Shown in pieces: positions 1 through 12,265 of a DNA stretch of 64,000 nucleotides (the first letter of the stretch is position 1; each line of letters begins with the position of its first letter). Made by a program: the position numbers and the translations under genes. Below the pieces are notes generated by a model. The model ran no database searches. It was not told the origin of the DNA and was given only the letters and a program-made list of their open reading frames with translations. The DNA lies in NCBI GenBank assembly GCA_008690995.1, contig VRMN01000002.1, forward strand, positions 1,550,001-1,614,000, read 5' to 3'. Source of the DNA: Porphyridium purpureum (lineage: Eukaryota).

Positions 1-1542
1 CACACAGAGTCTCTCCACCCCCTTAAAAAAAAGCAAACCGTGCGCCGTTTCATGTAGAGGTACTGCACCGAGTTTGAATTGACATGGACGCGCACCGCCC
101 GTCCTTTTCAGACGGCACACGATGCACGAACTTGTCCGGAAGCTACGGCCCGCGAATGTGAAGCAGCAACTCGAAACGGTCTGTCACCCGCATGTTTGAC
201 GCCTACCGTCTGCACATGGCATGCACTCTCTTGCTTCCCACAACCACCCCCCACAGCCACGCTCAACCTCGAGCTTCATGCACAAGGCACCTACCGGTTA
301 CCGGTTACCGGTTACGCTTTGAACCGATTAACCGCTTTATACGCGTCTGAGCAGAAGCGCGCTTTTTAGTATGACACATGTACCGCCTAACTGTACTTGG
401 TTCATCGGGAGATGGACGCCACATGTGTCCGTGGGGCATCAAAGTGGAGGCGTGTTTGCTGAGAGGTTGGAAAAGTTGCTAGCGCAGCGCGACGGGCACA
501 TGGGTCCTGGTGACCGAACGCGTGCAAAATGCAATGGTCATGGCTATTTCACGCCAGCCTAACTATGTTGGTCTCTGAACAGGAAGCCGGAGAGGCTTGT
601 GCGGTAGCAGCGACGTTCCGTGGCAGATCATTCTGGCTTCGAGGAGTACCCTTCCGTTGGTCGGCGGGCCGTGGCTCGTAGTGCATTGTTTATGAGCAGA
701 CGGCTCTTCTCAGCATTCAGGCATGTCGATGGTGAAGAGCGCATGCTGGCGCAAGAGCTACCATGAAGATCGCAGAACGAGCAAACAGTTGAAGACGCCA
801 ACGAGCGGTGGCAGACGGGCATCGCCTGATTCAATGTGTGCAGGCATCTACATGAAAGGGCGTCAACATGAAATGTGCATCATCGCTATACCTCATCACT
901 GACTTCGAATGCATAAGTGCGGTGGCTATCTCGAAGCAGGTTGCCTCATGTTGACGAGCGCGTGCCTTGATGGCGTACACAAACTCTTCACATGGTGATT
1001 CTTGGTTAAAGCCGGAAACCACTCTTTATGACTGCGACCTTGATTATCACGGCAATGACAGTGATTAGCGGACACTGGTGCACCTCTTCGCACAGAGCAA
1101 ATCTAAAGTTGAAAATATATATTACCGCAGAAGCGGTGCGCACCGAGCACGCTCAGCTTGACAACAGGGTTTGGAAAGTACAGCAATGGCTCTGCAGAAG
1201 CTAAGGAAAAGGACAAGCTGCCAAAACATATTCCCTAGTCGGAGCCAGAACCACGCACGGTTCTGGCTGTCTCTTGGGCTTTGCATATTTGCATGATTAT
1301 TCACGTGGTTCTTGTCCACACCTGGGGAAACCAAAACTGTGCTGAAAACGCTCAATAAAACGACTGAGGTCACAAGAGAAATGTAGGCGCCGACTGACAC
1401 TTACCCAAATGAGGCCTTGTAGAGCGAGGTTTCGGCATGCATCGCGCGAAATTCTTATTGTTTGTCTTTTCCAGATTTGCGATGGTCAGGTGACTGGTGC
1501 TGCTCAGCTAGACCACAGGTTTGCTCCGCCACCCGTGCGAGG

Positions 1543-1582
1543 CAAGCTCGGGCGAGCACCAAGCTCGGGCGAGCACCAAGCT
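1543..1582. repeat. 17-bp tandem repeat CAAGCTCGGGCGAGCAC, about 2.3 copies
   Basis: Seen directly; each unit contains the inverted pair GCTCG/CGAGC. Confidence 0.8.
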
Positions 1583-1922
1583 TGAACTCGGATGCTCGCC
1601 GACTCAAACCAGACACACAGCTCCGCTCACACTGCGCTGGAAGATAAATTGCGTAAGCTATGTCTGTGTCTCTTGCTTTCTCCCCGGACGCTATAACAAA
1701 GTCCAACGATTCTGTTCAATTCCTCGCTCTCCTTCCCCCGGGGCAACACGGAAATAGCACAACGGGTGTTCAGCGTATGCTTCAACTCAAGATCAGACGG
1801 TCTATTCGCCGCGATGCTTGAGTCCGACCATCTTGCGCTTCAGAGCAAGGCGAAACAATGGAACGCAGTGCGGAAGTGAAATGCCAACCATATGGCGCAC
1901 CGTGCTGTTCTTGCCGATACTG

Positions 1923-2975
1923 CTAGGACTCTAGCTGATGGGCAACAGCTTGGCTGGTGTCACGACTGCTGCTGCTCGCGTGCTGTGAGTCTTCGCCCTC
2001 GACCCGCGGGTTGCCTTCCGGGATTTCTTCTTCCTTCAATAAGTCCTTTCCTTCGCTGTCCACTGGGGGTGATCTGGGGACTTTGCCTTGCCGAGCTCTG
2101 AGCTTCACTACACCGTACATGACGCCACCCAAGAAGCTGATGAGCACGCCGACGGTGCCGCGTGTCGAGGTCGAGCCCTTGTCAAAAATAAAGTACGACA
2201 CCAGAAACAGGAGCGCGTCCTTGATCTGCGCCGAAACTGACTGCGTGAGTGGTGAGTTGGCTGTTGTGTTCAGGTAAATCGAATGATTGATCGCCACGGC
2301 CAGGACACAGGACAGCGCAAAGGCCGTCGCGAACTCGGGCGCCATGGGGGTCATGAGCTGCGCGCGCCAGTCCACGAGCACGAGAGAAAGCCCGAGGACC
2401 ACGGGAAACGTGATCAAAGTGTTTGCCACAAGCAGCGGGAACGAGTCGAGCCCCGTGGCATCCTTTGCCCGCTTGATGAAAATCAGATACAGAGCGGTGG
2501 ACAGATTGGCCCCTAGCGCAAGCAGGTAACCTGCGCGGTCGTACTTGAGGTCTCCCGCGGCGGCAAGCAGGGTGCCTCCCACGATGACACAGACGCTCAA
2601 TATAACACCCGGCGACGGCAGGGGCGCGGCTGGGAGCATCACGAGCTCGAGCAGCATCACGACCAGCACGGACGTCTTGCGCAGCGTATTAAACATCATG
2701 AGACTCGTGAGCGAGATGGCGGCCAGGCCAGTCCAGACCATGGCCACAAAGGCCACAGCGAGCGGGAGCATATGCCGCCAAGTGTCGCGCGCGGGCAATG
2801 CCAACGGATACGCGCTACTCAGATGCAGCGCGGCTGCGACGCACAGAATGGCTGCGTTCTGCGCCACCACCAGCACGAGCGGCGAGCCCAGCGCGAACCG
2901 CGCAAACAACGCCTTGTTGACGACTGTCAGGCATGATGACACACTTACGTAATACACCGCCGCCCAGACGCTCAT
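1923..2975 (-). CDS. Nucleotide-sugar transporter (SLC35D/TPT, DMT superfamily)
   Basis: 350 aa with about 10 hydrophobic segments; LTVVNKAL, SLMMFNTLRK, YDRAGY and NSPLTQSVSAQIKD motifs typical of Golgi UDP/GDP-sugar transporters. Confidence 0.88.
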   Translation of the reverse strand: MSVWAAVYYVSVSSCLTVVNKALFARFALGSPLVLVVAQNAAILCVAAALHLSSAYPLALPARDTWRHMLPLAVAFVAMVWTGLAAISLTSLMMFNTLRKTSVLVVMLLELVMLPAAPLPSPGVILSVCVIVGGTLLAAAGDLKYDRAGYLLALGANLSTALYLIFIKRAKDATGLDSFPLLVANTLITFPVVLGLSLVLVDWRAQLMTPMAPEFATAFALSCVLAVAINHSIYLNTTANSPLTQSVSAQIKDALLFLVSYFIFDKGSTSTRGTVGVLISFLGGVMYGVVKLRARQGKVPRSPPVDSEGKDLLKEEEIPEGNPRVEGEDSQHASSSSRDTSQAVAHQLES

Positions 2976-3587
2976 CGTCCCTGCACTGTGCTCTCTTCGG
3001 TCTGTGTCTCAAAAGCCGATATCACGTACGACATATCGCGCACTGATCTCATTTCACGCTCGTGGTGGCGTGCGCGCCCGTTGACTTTTCTCGTCGGAAC
3101 TTTTGCAGCAGCAACTGTACCTCTTCTCTAATAAATCCGAGCTATTTTGTGATTTTGTGTCAAGCGGCGTGCGGAGTTCGAGCCGCGGAACGCCACAAAC
3201 GACACGGAAAAGCGATGAGCCGGACCGAATCAAATCCATTGCGCACTCGCCGTTGCCATTTGCGCGGCGCGGTATCTGCTTGCTCACGCAGGCATGCTTG
3301 CTTGCGCCGCACGTGGTCGTGAACACACACGCGCTCGCACACACACGCTCGCGCACACCAACACCCACGCACACACGCACACACGCTCACATCGCGTCGC
3401 GGCAAACGGGCATTGCGGCCGTCAGGGGCTCTGCGCGGGACGCGCCGTGGTTGGTGGTGAGAAGCGCGAGCGTGCGCCTGCGTGCGGCGGTTGCGCCAAA
3501 GTTGCAGCTGCGTGTTGCGGAGCTTGTGACACGGAATCGTGCGACGCCGTGGCGCTTCTTCGGGGCGAAGGTGGCAGGTAGGATAGC

Positions 3588-6500
3588 ATGGACGCACAGG
3601 AAGAGGCGTTGCGTCTGCGCGCAACAGACGCGCAGGAATTGGATGCGGAAGTGGATGCAGAAGTGGCGCGGCACTTGTCCGGCGGTGAGGAGGCAAAGGA
3701 TAGTGGTGAAGGCACGCACGAGACGGCCCCAGAGGGAACAAGTAATGCCGAAGGCTCCGACGCGAGTCCGCCAGGGGTATTGAATCTTCAGCTGACCTCG
3801 GCCCAAAGTATGGAAAGCGGTGGTAGCACAGGCTCGCAAACGCCTGGACGACGCGCGCGTGCTGAAGCCGCAAAGAGAATGATTGAAAAGTACTACCTGG
3901 AATCCAAGGCCGCTCGCGAGTCTCGAGACCAGCGCCGGAAGCTTTTGGATGAGCAATTGCCGGACGCTTTGGTGCCGTTGCACATCAAGTCACACATCAA
4001 GCGGGAGCTGGGTCTAAGGGAGCTGAAGCTGATGCGGATTGCACGTAGAAAGCAGAAGGTGACCGATTATAAGCTGGTGCAGTTGATTGGCAGAGGTGCA
4101 TTTGGGAACGTTTGGCTAGCTCAACATCGGGCCTCGGGCAAGCACTGCGCTATCAAGCAGCTGAAAAAGACGGACATGTTTGAGCGTCACCAAGTGGAGC
4201 ACATCTGGGCCGAGCGATACGCGCTGGCTAAGGCGGGACAGCACCCACTTATTGTAGAAATGATCAGTGCGTTTCAGGACCCTCAGTATCTATTTTTGGT
4301 TCTTGAGTTTGTGCCTGGGGGTGACATGCTAACAATGCTTTCGCGGCGCACCGTGCTCTCGGAGGACTGGGTGCGCTTCTACTGCGCTGAGTTGATCGTT
4401 GCCATCGATGTCCTGCATTCTCTTGGTGTCATTCATCGAGATATCAAACCAGATAACGTTTTGTTCGCGGCGGACGGCCACATTCGCTTGAGTGATTTTG
4501 GACTCAGCAAGCTGCTGCATCAGGCGCAAGGCGACAAATTTTCGCGCGCAGCCAATTTGGCACACAGGCAGCCAGATCTCGAGTTGGCGGCGCTAGATCC
4601 TGAGGCGGCTGAGGCGCGTATCAAGACTTGGAAGGAACTTTCGCAGAAGGAGCGCTTTTCCGCAGTGGGTACTCCCAATTACATTGCACCGGAAGTCCTT
4701 TTAAGCCAACAATACGGAGAAGAATGTGACTGGTGGAGTCTAGGTGTGATTGCCTATGAAATGCTGGTCGGATTTCCACCTTTTTACTCGGATGATCTCA
4801 TGTCGACAGTCAGAAAAATCGTCGACCACGAAAAGTATCTACAATTCCCGGAGCACTGCAAGTGTTCCGATCTTGCCATGATGTTTGTGTATGATCTACT
4901 AAGCCCTGCGTCGGAGCGGCTCGGGGCAAGGCGTGGCTTCGAAGAATTCAAGGAACATCCATTCTTTGTTGGCTTTGATTGGGACTCGCTTCTCACTTCG
5001 CGTCCCCCGTTCTGTCCAAAACTGAGCGGTGTTGAAGACCTTCGGTACTTTGACGAAATTGAATTGCGATCAGAAGACAAGGAGCTTATAGATATGGGTG
5101 AATCAGGATTTGCGGACATATCTTCAGAATTTTTCACAATCGCAAACCTAGAGGGCACCAGCAGTAGCGGAGCCAACAGCACTGGTACAAGTATGGATGC
5201 ACAGACGCCGACTTCGCGAGATACACGCTTGACAGCCGCCTCGTCATTCACATATGCGGATGCTGAATTCGTTGGATTTTCTTTCGACGCTGCGCAGCCG
5301 CAAGGTATACAGATATTGAACGACGCGGTGCACGAGGTCCGTCGAGCGCTGATCAGTAGCTTGCACGCAGGCGACATGTCTAACAATGCATCGGCCAGCT
5401 TCGACATGAATGCGATTGACACCATTAACGCAGGCCGGGCTCGTCATGGTGTGGTCCACTCAACCAGTAGTCAGTACCCCAAGAGCAGTTCATTTCGGGC
5501 GTCGCTTGTTCCTAGCTTGGATTACATGAGGACGCCGCCGCCGGTAGCGGCACCCCGTTCGCACAAGACGAAAGCCACCATAGCAGATGCAATCGACGCC
5601 TTTGGGGACCACGAACCGCATTTTGCAGGCCTAGGCAGCGGAATCGTTTCTGCAGGAACCGACGTGGATGCTAGCGGCGGTCGCGGGAGCGAAGGCACCG
5701 GTCCAGTGTCACGCTTTTCTCGTTTCCCTCCTCTTGAGTGGGCCAAACAAAAGCAGGATGACGCGGACTTGATAAGTACCATTGCAGAGCAGCCGATTGA
5801 AACTCCACTGAACCGTTCTGCTCTCGTTGATTCATTTCCGTCTTTTGCGCGGGACCCAGTCGAGGATGAGGCGGAGCATGAGGCGGAGCATGGCTCAGAT
5901 GGCTCGCAAAGCCAATCTTCGCGTTTATCGTCTACTCATTCAGCAAGGTTTGAGGTTTCGCTGGAACCGCTGAAAGGAGAGGCTGCAAGTGGAATCGCGC
6001 ACGACCCTGAATCTCACGTGAGCACATCGCCGGAGAACTTGGACGAGCCTTTATTTGCAGGAGCTCGTTCGTTGGGAATGATTCGTGATGGCTCTGGTGT
6101 AAGGAGCTCAGTCAGTTTGCGTGAGTACACGTCATTCGTGACACAGGAGAGCACTCCGACTAATGAGCGAAGGAAGGAATCAGCAGGCAGTGTCCCTGAT
6201 TTACCAAACAAGGCTGGAGACGCAGGGCGTGGTGGTCCTTTCGCCACCAATTCGGCCTGGCCACGATTTCCAGAATATGCTGTGCGTGCTCGTACACAAG
6301 CACCTGCACCTGCGTACTCAATTCCAGCTTGGCAGCGGGATGCCGCTGCGAGCACGATGGGCTTGACTAAAACGCAGTCGCGAACGGATGTCGCATCTAC
6401 AAATAGGCCGGGCACGTTCGGATACATCTTTGGCCAGGATGGGCGCAAGGTGGTCAGCCTGAATGATGCTGCTATGCTTGAAGGACTAGAGTATCTCGAA

Positions 6501-7466
6501 CGAACGTCATCGAGTCGAGGAACTCGGGATGGTCGAGGAGGCTTCTCAGCGCGAGGCTTCTCAGCGCGAGGCTTCTCAACGCGAGGCTCAGTAAGGAGGA
6601 CGAGTCGCATGAGTCGAGATCTAGGCACGGCTGACTCTGTTGACTTTCTTGCTCAAATGAGAAGACCAGAACCTGCAGTCGAAGATGCAGGTCATGAGCC
6701 AACAATCGCTGAGTCTGGACCTGACCCCACCGCACAAGCATCTGCATCCACTAGCGCCGAGCCGCCCGCAGCACCTCCTTCGCGTGCAGACGTATATGAG
6801 GGGCTCTCAGAATCTGACGAGGACGAGTCGGCAGCCGGAGGAACACAAGTGCAAAACCTTGTTGCGAATGACTCCAGTAACCCTTACGTCGGTCTTTCGG
6901 AATCGGAGACGGAATCAAGTGGTCTTTCTCGTCGAACGTCAGAGACCTTACACCGCGAGTATTCAGCAGAATCCGAACTTGATGAACAAATGAGTGATGC
7001 TAGGGCGACTTTTTCCCGTTCCAACTTGTATCGGGGACTGACGGATTCGGGCCTCTCAAATGACGCGGTGGATGAGGAAGGAAATGATCAGGAAGAAGAG
7101 AAGCGGCCAGGCACGATTGGTTTCGAAGGAGAATCTGAGCAGAGCGGGCTTACAGCAGGGCATCCAACGGACGACTGCCCGTGTACGTCAAATATGCGTG
7201 GAGGTATGACTGTTTCGGCCGACTCGCCTGATGTCGGACATGTCGATTTAGCCGCGATTTCGTTGGTCGAGCCGAATCCTTACCACGGCTTGAGTAGTAA
7301 TGCTTCAAAGGAGGGCTCGCCTCCGAGGCCGAGCCTTGAGCGAAAGGATGGACGCGAGCACCATGACAATGTGTACGCCGGGCTAAGCAGTGATAATTCA
7401 GAGTCTGGTGATGCGGGTACCTTTGCAGGGCCGTATGACGGCCTCTCCGATTCATCAGAAGGCTAG
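3588..7466 (+). CDS. NDR/LATS-family AGC Ser/Thr kinase with long disordered C-terminal tail
   Basis: [20 protein letters not shown], insert between subdomains VII and [22 protein letters not shown], basic N-terminal regulatory segment, hydrophobic motif EFVGFSF. Confidence 0.93.
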   Translation: MDAQEEALRLRATDAQELDAEVDAEVARHLSGGEEAKDSGEGTHETAPEGTSNAEGSDASPPGVLNLQLTSAQSMESGGSTGSQTPGRRARAEAAKRMIEKYYLESKAARESRDQRRKLLDEQLPDALVPLHIKSHIKRELGLRELKLMRIARRKQKVTDYKLVQLIGRGAFGNVWLAQHRASGKHCAIKQLKKTDMFERHQVEHIWAERYALAKAGQHPLIVEMISAFQDPQYLFLVLEFVPGGDMLTMLSRRTVLSEDWVRFYCAELIVAIDVLHSLGVIHRDIKPDNVLFAADGHIRLSDFGLSKLLHQAQGDKFSRAANLAHRQPDLELAALDPEAAEARIKTWKELSQKERFSAVGTPNYIAPEVLLSQQYGEECDWWSLGVIAYEMLVGFPPFYSDDLMSTVRKIVDHEKYLQFPEHCKCSDLAMMFVYDLLSPASERLGARRGFEEFKEHPFFVGFDWDSLLTSRPPFCPKLSGVEDLRYFDEIELRSEDKELIDMGESGFADISSEFFTIANLEGTSSSGANSTGTSMDAQTPTSRDTRLTAASSFTYADAEFVGFSFDAAQPQGIQILNDAVHEVRRALISSLHAGDMSNNASASFDMNAIDTINAGRARHGVVHSTSSQYPKSSSFRASLVPSLDYMRTPPPVAAPRSHKTKATIADAIDAFGDHEPHFAGLGSGIVSAGTDVDASGGRGSEGTGPVSRFSRFPPLEWAKQKQDDADLISTIAEQPIETPLNRSALVDSFPSFARDPVEDEAEHEAEHGSDGSQSQSSRLSSTHSARFEVSLEPLKGEAASGIAHDPESHVSTSPENLDEPLFAGARSLGMIRDGSGVRSSVSLREYTSFVTQESTPTNERRKESAGSVPDLPNKAGDAGRGGPFATNSAWPRFPEYAVRARTQAPAPAYSIPAWQRDAAASTMGLTKTQSRTDVASTNRPGTFGYIFGQDGRKVVSLNDAAMLEGLEYLERTSSSRGTRDGRGGFSARGFSARGFSTRGSVRRTSRMSRDLGTADSVDFLAQMRRPEPAVEDAGHEPTIAESGPDPTAQASASTSAEPPAAPPSRADVYEGLSESDEDESAAGGTQVQNLVANDSSNPYVGLSESETESSGLSRRTSETLHREYSAESELDEQMSDARATFSRSNLYRGLTDSGLSNDAVDEEGNDQEEEKRPGTIGFEGESEQSGLTAGHPTDDCPCTSNMRGGMTVSADSPDVGHVDLAAISLVEPNPYHGLSSNASKEGSPPRPSLERKDGREHHDNVYAGLSSDNSESGDAGTFAGPYDGLSDSSEG

Positions 7467-7611
7467 AAATTGGAAACTTTCACTGCCTAGGCGTACGTAG
7501 AAAAATGTTCAATTTAAAGAGACATGATGGTCATGCCTGTCGGCACAGAGAATACAATCAACAAGACAAAGCAGTCTGTTGCTGTTCGGCGCAAATACCG
7601 TGCACCACCGC

Positions 7612-10600
7612 TCAGTTTTGTACACCAGTCGTCACGCCACGTTTGCGCGGCGGAATAATGCCAAGAAAACTACAGATTTGGTTTCGATTGGCGCGCAGTT
7701 CCTCAATACTTGCTCTGTCCCAGCCTGTCCGTCCCAGGAGGCCAAGCAGCGACCGCTGCGCATTGTGTTCAGCGCTTCCATCGCTGTCCGTATGCACATT
7801 GGCCAGCACATGCAAATACAAAATGTCGGCCGTGAAGACTCGGACTAAGGGCATTGCATGACACAGTAACAGCATCAGACCCTCAAAAGCTTTCAAGCGC
7901 ACTGTGTGCCACGTCACGGACGTGTCCTCGGCATTTTTCGTCTCGAACGTCGACCGCATTGCGAGTTCAGCACATTCCAGCAAGGCGCGACCGATACTTT
8001 GCAGGCGGTGCAGGTCGCGACAGCTCTGCGCGTGCTTTCGGTAGAGCGTCACAATGCGAAAAGCGAGATGCAGTTGATGCTCGAGCCGCTGATTTCCAGG
8101 CTCGCTATGTGAGCGATACACGGCTCGAAACAATAAGGCCCGCTCCAAGACGATCAGACAAGGAAGGAGCAAACGATCACCGCATGTATGTTCCTCGACC
8201 AGAGCAACAAGGCATTCCAAGGAGGAGTCCTCCACGATGCGTGAGAATGCAGGTCGAGACTGAAGTAGACTCACATTGATGATGCCATGACTACTCACCA
8301 TGCATGAGACCAAACCAAGCATCACACTATTCCGAAAACATGACTTCCTGAGCAGGCTGGCCAGTACGATGAACATATCGGTCTTCATGTCCATGTATCC
8401 AAGGTTACGCACTCGAACACAGACATCCTGGAGTGCTGCCAAATCGCCTGCTTCGAATAGGTGAAGCCGAGCTAAATCATCTCTACCGATCAAAAACGTT
8501 TCAAGCGCTTCACGCCTCACCGCATCCATCCGCTCGCAAAGCTGCCAAACCAGCATATCCACAACACGCCTCAACAGTTCAACAAAACCCTCTGTGCGAT
8601 CAAGTAAATACCCTGTGAGATACGAAAGTATCCGACCAAACACGTGGACGCATTCTCGTCTTAGCAAGCTACCTACGTCTCCGCGTTCGTCTGTGAAGTA
8701 ATTGTTCAACCCCCATCCCAGCCTCTTGAGTGCCGATTCTGCCTGTGTTTTACAAAGTCTCTTCTCCTTGCAGCCAGCTTCAAAGAGACTAGCTAGAGCA
8801 ATGCAAGCGTTACAAGCCATGCCAATGTCCACCCCATCACAAAAAAAAGTCAACACCTTTTCAAAACATGCAGAGAAAAGGCTGGCCTCGTTCGGAGCGG
8901 TTGGAGGAATTGCCCACACGGATGGTACAGAGCCTGAGGGTAAATTGCCTACGATGAGCAAAAATGCATGTTGATCCGCCACGGTGTCAGTCGCATCTTC
9001 GTCCTTCCCCAACAAAACCTGCTTCAAAAGCGTGCACGTGTCAGGATCCTGCAGACAAACATGCGTGGTGACCTGGACAGCCGCTGCAACAGATGTTTGC
9101 AATGAAGTCGAGGCGCGCGAAAGTTTGGCGCATTGGACTAGAAAGCGAAGTGTGTAATTGATGTCCGCCGGCTCATGGCGAACCTCCTCGTCGCTCCTAG
9201 CTGAGAGAATCACCAAGTCTGCAAAGCAAGCATTGACGAGCTCGCACGCTGCAGTGAGCAACAAGAGCTGCGAGCTCGAAAGCTTCTTCATGCTGAGACT
9301 CCAACTTGGTCGGGCAAGTGAAATAGAGCCTTGTTTCGGCTTCAGCCAGCCCAAACTTTCGAGTACTTCCCGAACTACGGCAATGCTCTGAGTGCGCAGA
9401 GCGCAAGTGGACGCTCTCAGCAGTGCTGCTAAAGCCAAAGTCGCCCCATGACGGCTCGCAGTTTCTGGGCTGACCATGGCGGTGTTCTGTATCCGCATCC
9501 ACTCTGCACGGAAATCACGCTCAGTCACCGGAGATTCAAACATGATTTCCGCCAAACGTCCAATACTCGAAGCAGCGCTCTGACGCACAGACACATCCCA
9601 GTGCGCAAACTTTGTCGAGACAAGCTCGGACCACAGCGTATTGAGAACTGACTCGCCACCTAGTCGTGCTATTTTTGGAGCAAGCTCGACGTAGCACAGA
9701 TTTCGATCGCCCAAGGAAAAATAATCTGCGGTGGCTACAATGTCAACGCCGGCCTTGCAGAAATCGACACCAAATCGACCGACACCTTCTTGAAATGCCG
9801 CTGACGCCGCGCGGCGGCAGTTGACTTCTCGGTCAAACAGGGCCACTGTCAACAACGCCTCAGCCAGTCCAGACTCAGACAGCCGGACAAGGTCTTTAGC
9901 GTTGTACGCGCGCGCCAGACTCCAGCAACAATAGCAGGCAGCATCCCGAATATTCGCCCCTACGCTATGCGCGCCGCGCCGGACATCAAACTTCAAAGCT
10001 GCCAGGATGATACGCACTGCTTTGTCCATAAATATTTTGCTTTTTCCGTCCGCGCCAACGTCCGCCGGCAGAATTAGGCCGCGCGAAAAGAGCTCTGCGA
10101 GTGCAAGGCAAGCGCCATGCCAAGCGGCGTCTGCATACGTCCGCAAAGATATGTCGTCGGAATCTCCGCTCTTATTATCATAAAATAAAGCAAGAACAGC
10201 CTCGACAACATCCATCGCGAGTTCAAAAGGAAGCCGTTCAGTGAGTCGGCCGACAGCCTTTGCCGCGGACCATCTTACAATCGTGTCCGGATGCTCAAGC
10301 TCCAGAAGTACCACATTAAGTACATGCTCCATTTGGTCGATCGCTCGTAGCGTGATAATGCTTTCTTCTCGAGATACGAGCTGATCACGAGCTGTCGGAG
10401 CGAGACCACGGGTTCCCTGTTTGCGGCCAAAGAGAGAGTCATAGGACCGAACGTACTTCCAGCGCAACGGAACTTCGGGAAAGAGCAAGGCAGCCATTCT
10501 GCTCACGAGTTTAACAATCAAATGATGGTCCAGGCTGGACACGCTCCGAGCATCCTGATCCACAATCGACGTCAGACTTGCGATCAGCATGGAAAAGTGC

Positions 10601-11424
10601 TGCGAAAACACTGCGTCGATGTCGTGCCGCCTGCCAACCTTGCAGATCTCAGTGAGCGTCTGGATCATTCCATACCGCTCATACCTCCGTTCCACAACTC
10701 TGTCTTCAGCCGTACTCTCGTCGGACGATAATGAAACAGCGACTCTGCGTACGAATACATGTAGATCATTCCTTCGGTCCGGCCTTACGAGTACCCTTGC
10801 CAGCATGGCGGCCGCCACAGTACGCACCGCTCCCGGATGAACGAGCAGCGCGACTCCGGTCTCAAGAAGGTGGGATACAATTCGAGGTTCAATGATGGTG
10901 TCGAGTGGAAATGGAATCAAAGACAACGTACACATCCAGACACACAGCCCATAAATCCATTTCCAACCTCCATCGAGCATACCCGCTGTGGGATCTGTCA
11001 TGCCTAGCAGCGCACGGGCGGCAAACTTGAGGTCCGATACCGCATGTGGCATGAGATTCGCGACCACTTTTCGTCCTCGAAGCTGCGCCAGCTCATAAAT
11101 CACCTCCATGTATGGCCCGATCGCCGTCACCGCTGTCTCCGAAAGCGTGTCATCGCCCCTATGTTGACAGCTCACAGTGGCCCAGGCCCGAGCTGCATTT
11201 GCGACGCGCGACACTGTCTCGACCAGCTCGCGGTCCAGAGCCACAGGATGCTCTCGAAAGAGTTGCGCGTACGCGATAATCTCATCGCACAGTTTCGCAT
11301 TGCTCACAGCAAGCCGAGCCGCATCCTTAATGTCAGAAGAGTCCGTGCTACCTGGTGACTCGGGCAGGACCAGCCGTCGCGCTAAAGCACTGATCCATTC
11401 AGCATTATTGCGCGCTGCAGCCAT
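7612..11424 (-). CDS. TBCD: Tubulin-folding cofactor D
   Basis: DTIVRWSAAKAVGR, WHGACLALAEL, SVGANIRDAACY, LFDREVNCRRAASAAFQEGVGR, TDERGDVGS; ATG at 11424. Confidence 0.95.
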   Translation of the reverse strand: MAAARNNAEWISALARRLVLPESPGSTDSSDIKDAARLAVSNAKLCDEIIAYAQLFREHPVALDRELVETVSRVANAARAWATVSCQHRGDDTLSETAVTAIGPYMEVIYELAQLRGRKVVANLMPHAVSDLKFAARALLGMTDPTAGMLDGGWKWIYGLCVWMCTLSLIPFPLDTIIEPRIVSHLLETGVALLVHPGAVRTVAAAMLARVLVRPDRRNDLHVFVRRVAVSLSSDESTAEDRVVERRYERYGMIQTLTEICKVGRRHDIDAVFSQHFSMLIASLTSIVDQDARSVSSLDHHLIVKLVSRMAALLFPEVPLRWKYVRSYDSLFGRKQGTRGLAPTARDQLVSREESIITLRAIDQMEHVLNVVLLELEHPDTIVRWSAAKAVGRLTERLPFELAMDVVEAVLALFYDNKSGDSDDISLRTYADAAWHGACLALAELFSRGLILPADVGADGKSKIFMDKAVRIILAALKFDVRRGAHSVGANIRDAACYCCWSLARAYNAKDLVRLSESGLAEALLTVALFDREVNCRRAASAAFQEGVGRFGVDFCKAGVDIVATADYFSLGDRNLCYVELAPKIARLGGESVLNTLWSELVSTKFAHWDVSVRQSAASSIGRLAEIMFESPVTERDFRAEWMRIQNTAMVSPETASRHGATLALAALLRASTCALRTQSIAVVREVLESLGWLKPKQGSISLARPSWSLSMKKLSSSQLLLLTAACELVNACFADLVILSARSDEEVRHEPADINYTLRFLVQCAKLSRASTSLQTSVAAAVQVTTHVCLQDPDTCTLLKQVLLGKDEDATDTVADQHAFLLIVGNLPSGSVPSVWAIPPTAPNEASLFSACFEKVLTFFCDGVDIGMACNACIALASLFEAGCKEKRLCKTQAESALKRLGWGLNNYFTDERGDVGSLLRRECVHVFGRILSYLTGYLLDRTEGFVELLRRVVDMLVWQLCERMDAVRREALETFLIGRDDLARLHLFEAGDLAALQDVCVRVRNLGYMDMKTDMFIVLASLLRKSCFRNSVMLGLVSCMVSSHGIINVSLLQSRPAFSRIVEDSSLECLVALVEEHTCGDRLLLPCLIVLERALLFRAVYRSHSEPGNQRLEHQLHLAFRIVTLYRKHAQSCRDLHRLQSIGRALLECAELAMRSTFETKNAEDTSVTWHTVRLKAFEGLMLLLCHAMPLVRVFTADILYLHVLANVHTDSDGSAEHNAQRSLLGLLGRTGWDRASIEELRANRNQICSFLGIIPPRKRGVTTGVQN

Positions 11425-11515
11425 CAAAGTCGAAAGTCAAGACGAACATGCCAGCTTGCGTTCCAATGTGACTCGGGAGAAAGAAGACAGACAGAGATGT
11501 AGACAGGGAGGAAAG

Positions 11516-12265
11516 ATGAGGGAAAAGGAGATAAGCTATGTGGTGGTGGAGGTGCTGGAAGCGGAACTTTATCGGTCTGGAGGTCTCTTGTCGGACGGGA
11601 GTTCGCCGTCTACGTATGTAACCCTCAGTTTACTGTTTCCTTCGTCCGGACGGTTTGTGCGCACAAATTGTCGCACGCGGACGGTCGAGCGTACGTTGTA
11701 CCCAGTGTTCAGCAGCCAGGGAGAGTGCGTGTTTGAGGTGCCGGTTCGAGAGAGCGAAGATGTCTTGTGGTTCCAGGTCATGATTGCGTCACGTTTCTCG
11801 TCCATCGAGCTGGGTAGCTGTATGTTTCCAGCAGACAGCGTTCCCGACAACTTGCCGCAGCAGCTAAGTTTTCAGCTATTCAGCCCAGAAAACACCGACA
11901 TTGACGCCGACACTCTGCCTGAACCGAAAGGGATCCTGACCATGTTCATCAAACGCGAGCGACGAACACTGCAGTTACTGGAGCTCTCAGACCTCAGCGA
12001 CCCAGAGCGGATAAAGTCGCTCCGCGCAAAGGCGCATGAGCTCGAAAGACGCTTTCTCGGCATTGGGGAGCTGGCCGACCTGCTCTTCGAGGAAGGCTAC
12101 AGCGAGGACATGGAGCAAAACTGGAACCAAGCGAAGCTGATTCTGAGCGAGCAGCTCGCGCTGCAGAAGTCTGAGGCAGAGCCCGAACGCCTTGATGACT
12201 ACGACATCTACGTCGCTGCGCTCCAGCACGTCGAGGAAGAAGGCGGCCTGTGGGATGGCGTCTGA
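11516..12265 (+). CDS. C2-domain protein of unknown function
   Basis: VEVLEAEL...SPSTYVTL...RTRTVERTLYPVF...ELGSCMF matches a C2 beta-sandwich pattern; the upstream part of the tracked ORF overlaps TBCD, so ATG 11516 is preferred. Confidence 0.7.
   Translation: MREKEISYVVVEVLEAELYRSGGLLSDGSSPSTYVTLSLLFPSSGRFVRTNCRTRTVERTLYPVFSSQGECVFEVPVRESEDVLWFQVMIASRFSSIELGSCMFPADSVPDNLPQQLSFQLFSPENTDIDADTLPEPKGILTMFIKRERRTLQLLELSDLSDPERIKSLRAKAHELERRFLGIGELADLLFEEGYSEDMEQNWNQAKLILSEQLALQKSEAEPERLDDYDIYVAALQHVEEEGGLWDGV

Noticed and set aside
1397..1410. U1 snRNA-like 5' end (ACTTACC)
   Set aside because: No U1 stem-loop motifs or Sm site follow
3103..3983. Overlapping 198-237 aa ORFs near the NDR start
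   Set aside because: Run through CA microsatellite and GC-rich leader sequence; no protein-like features
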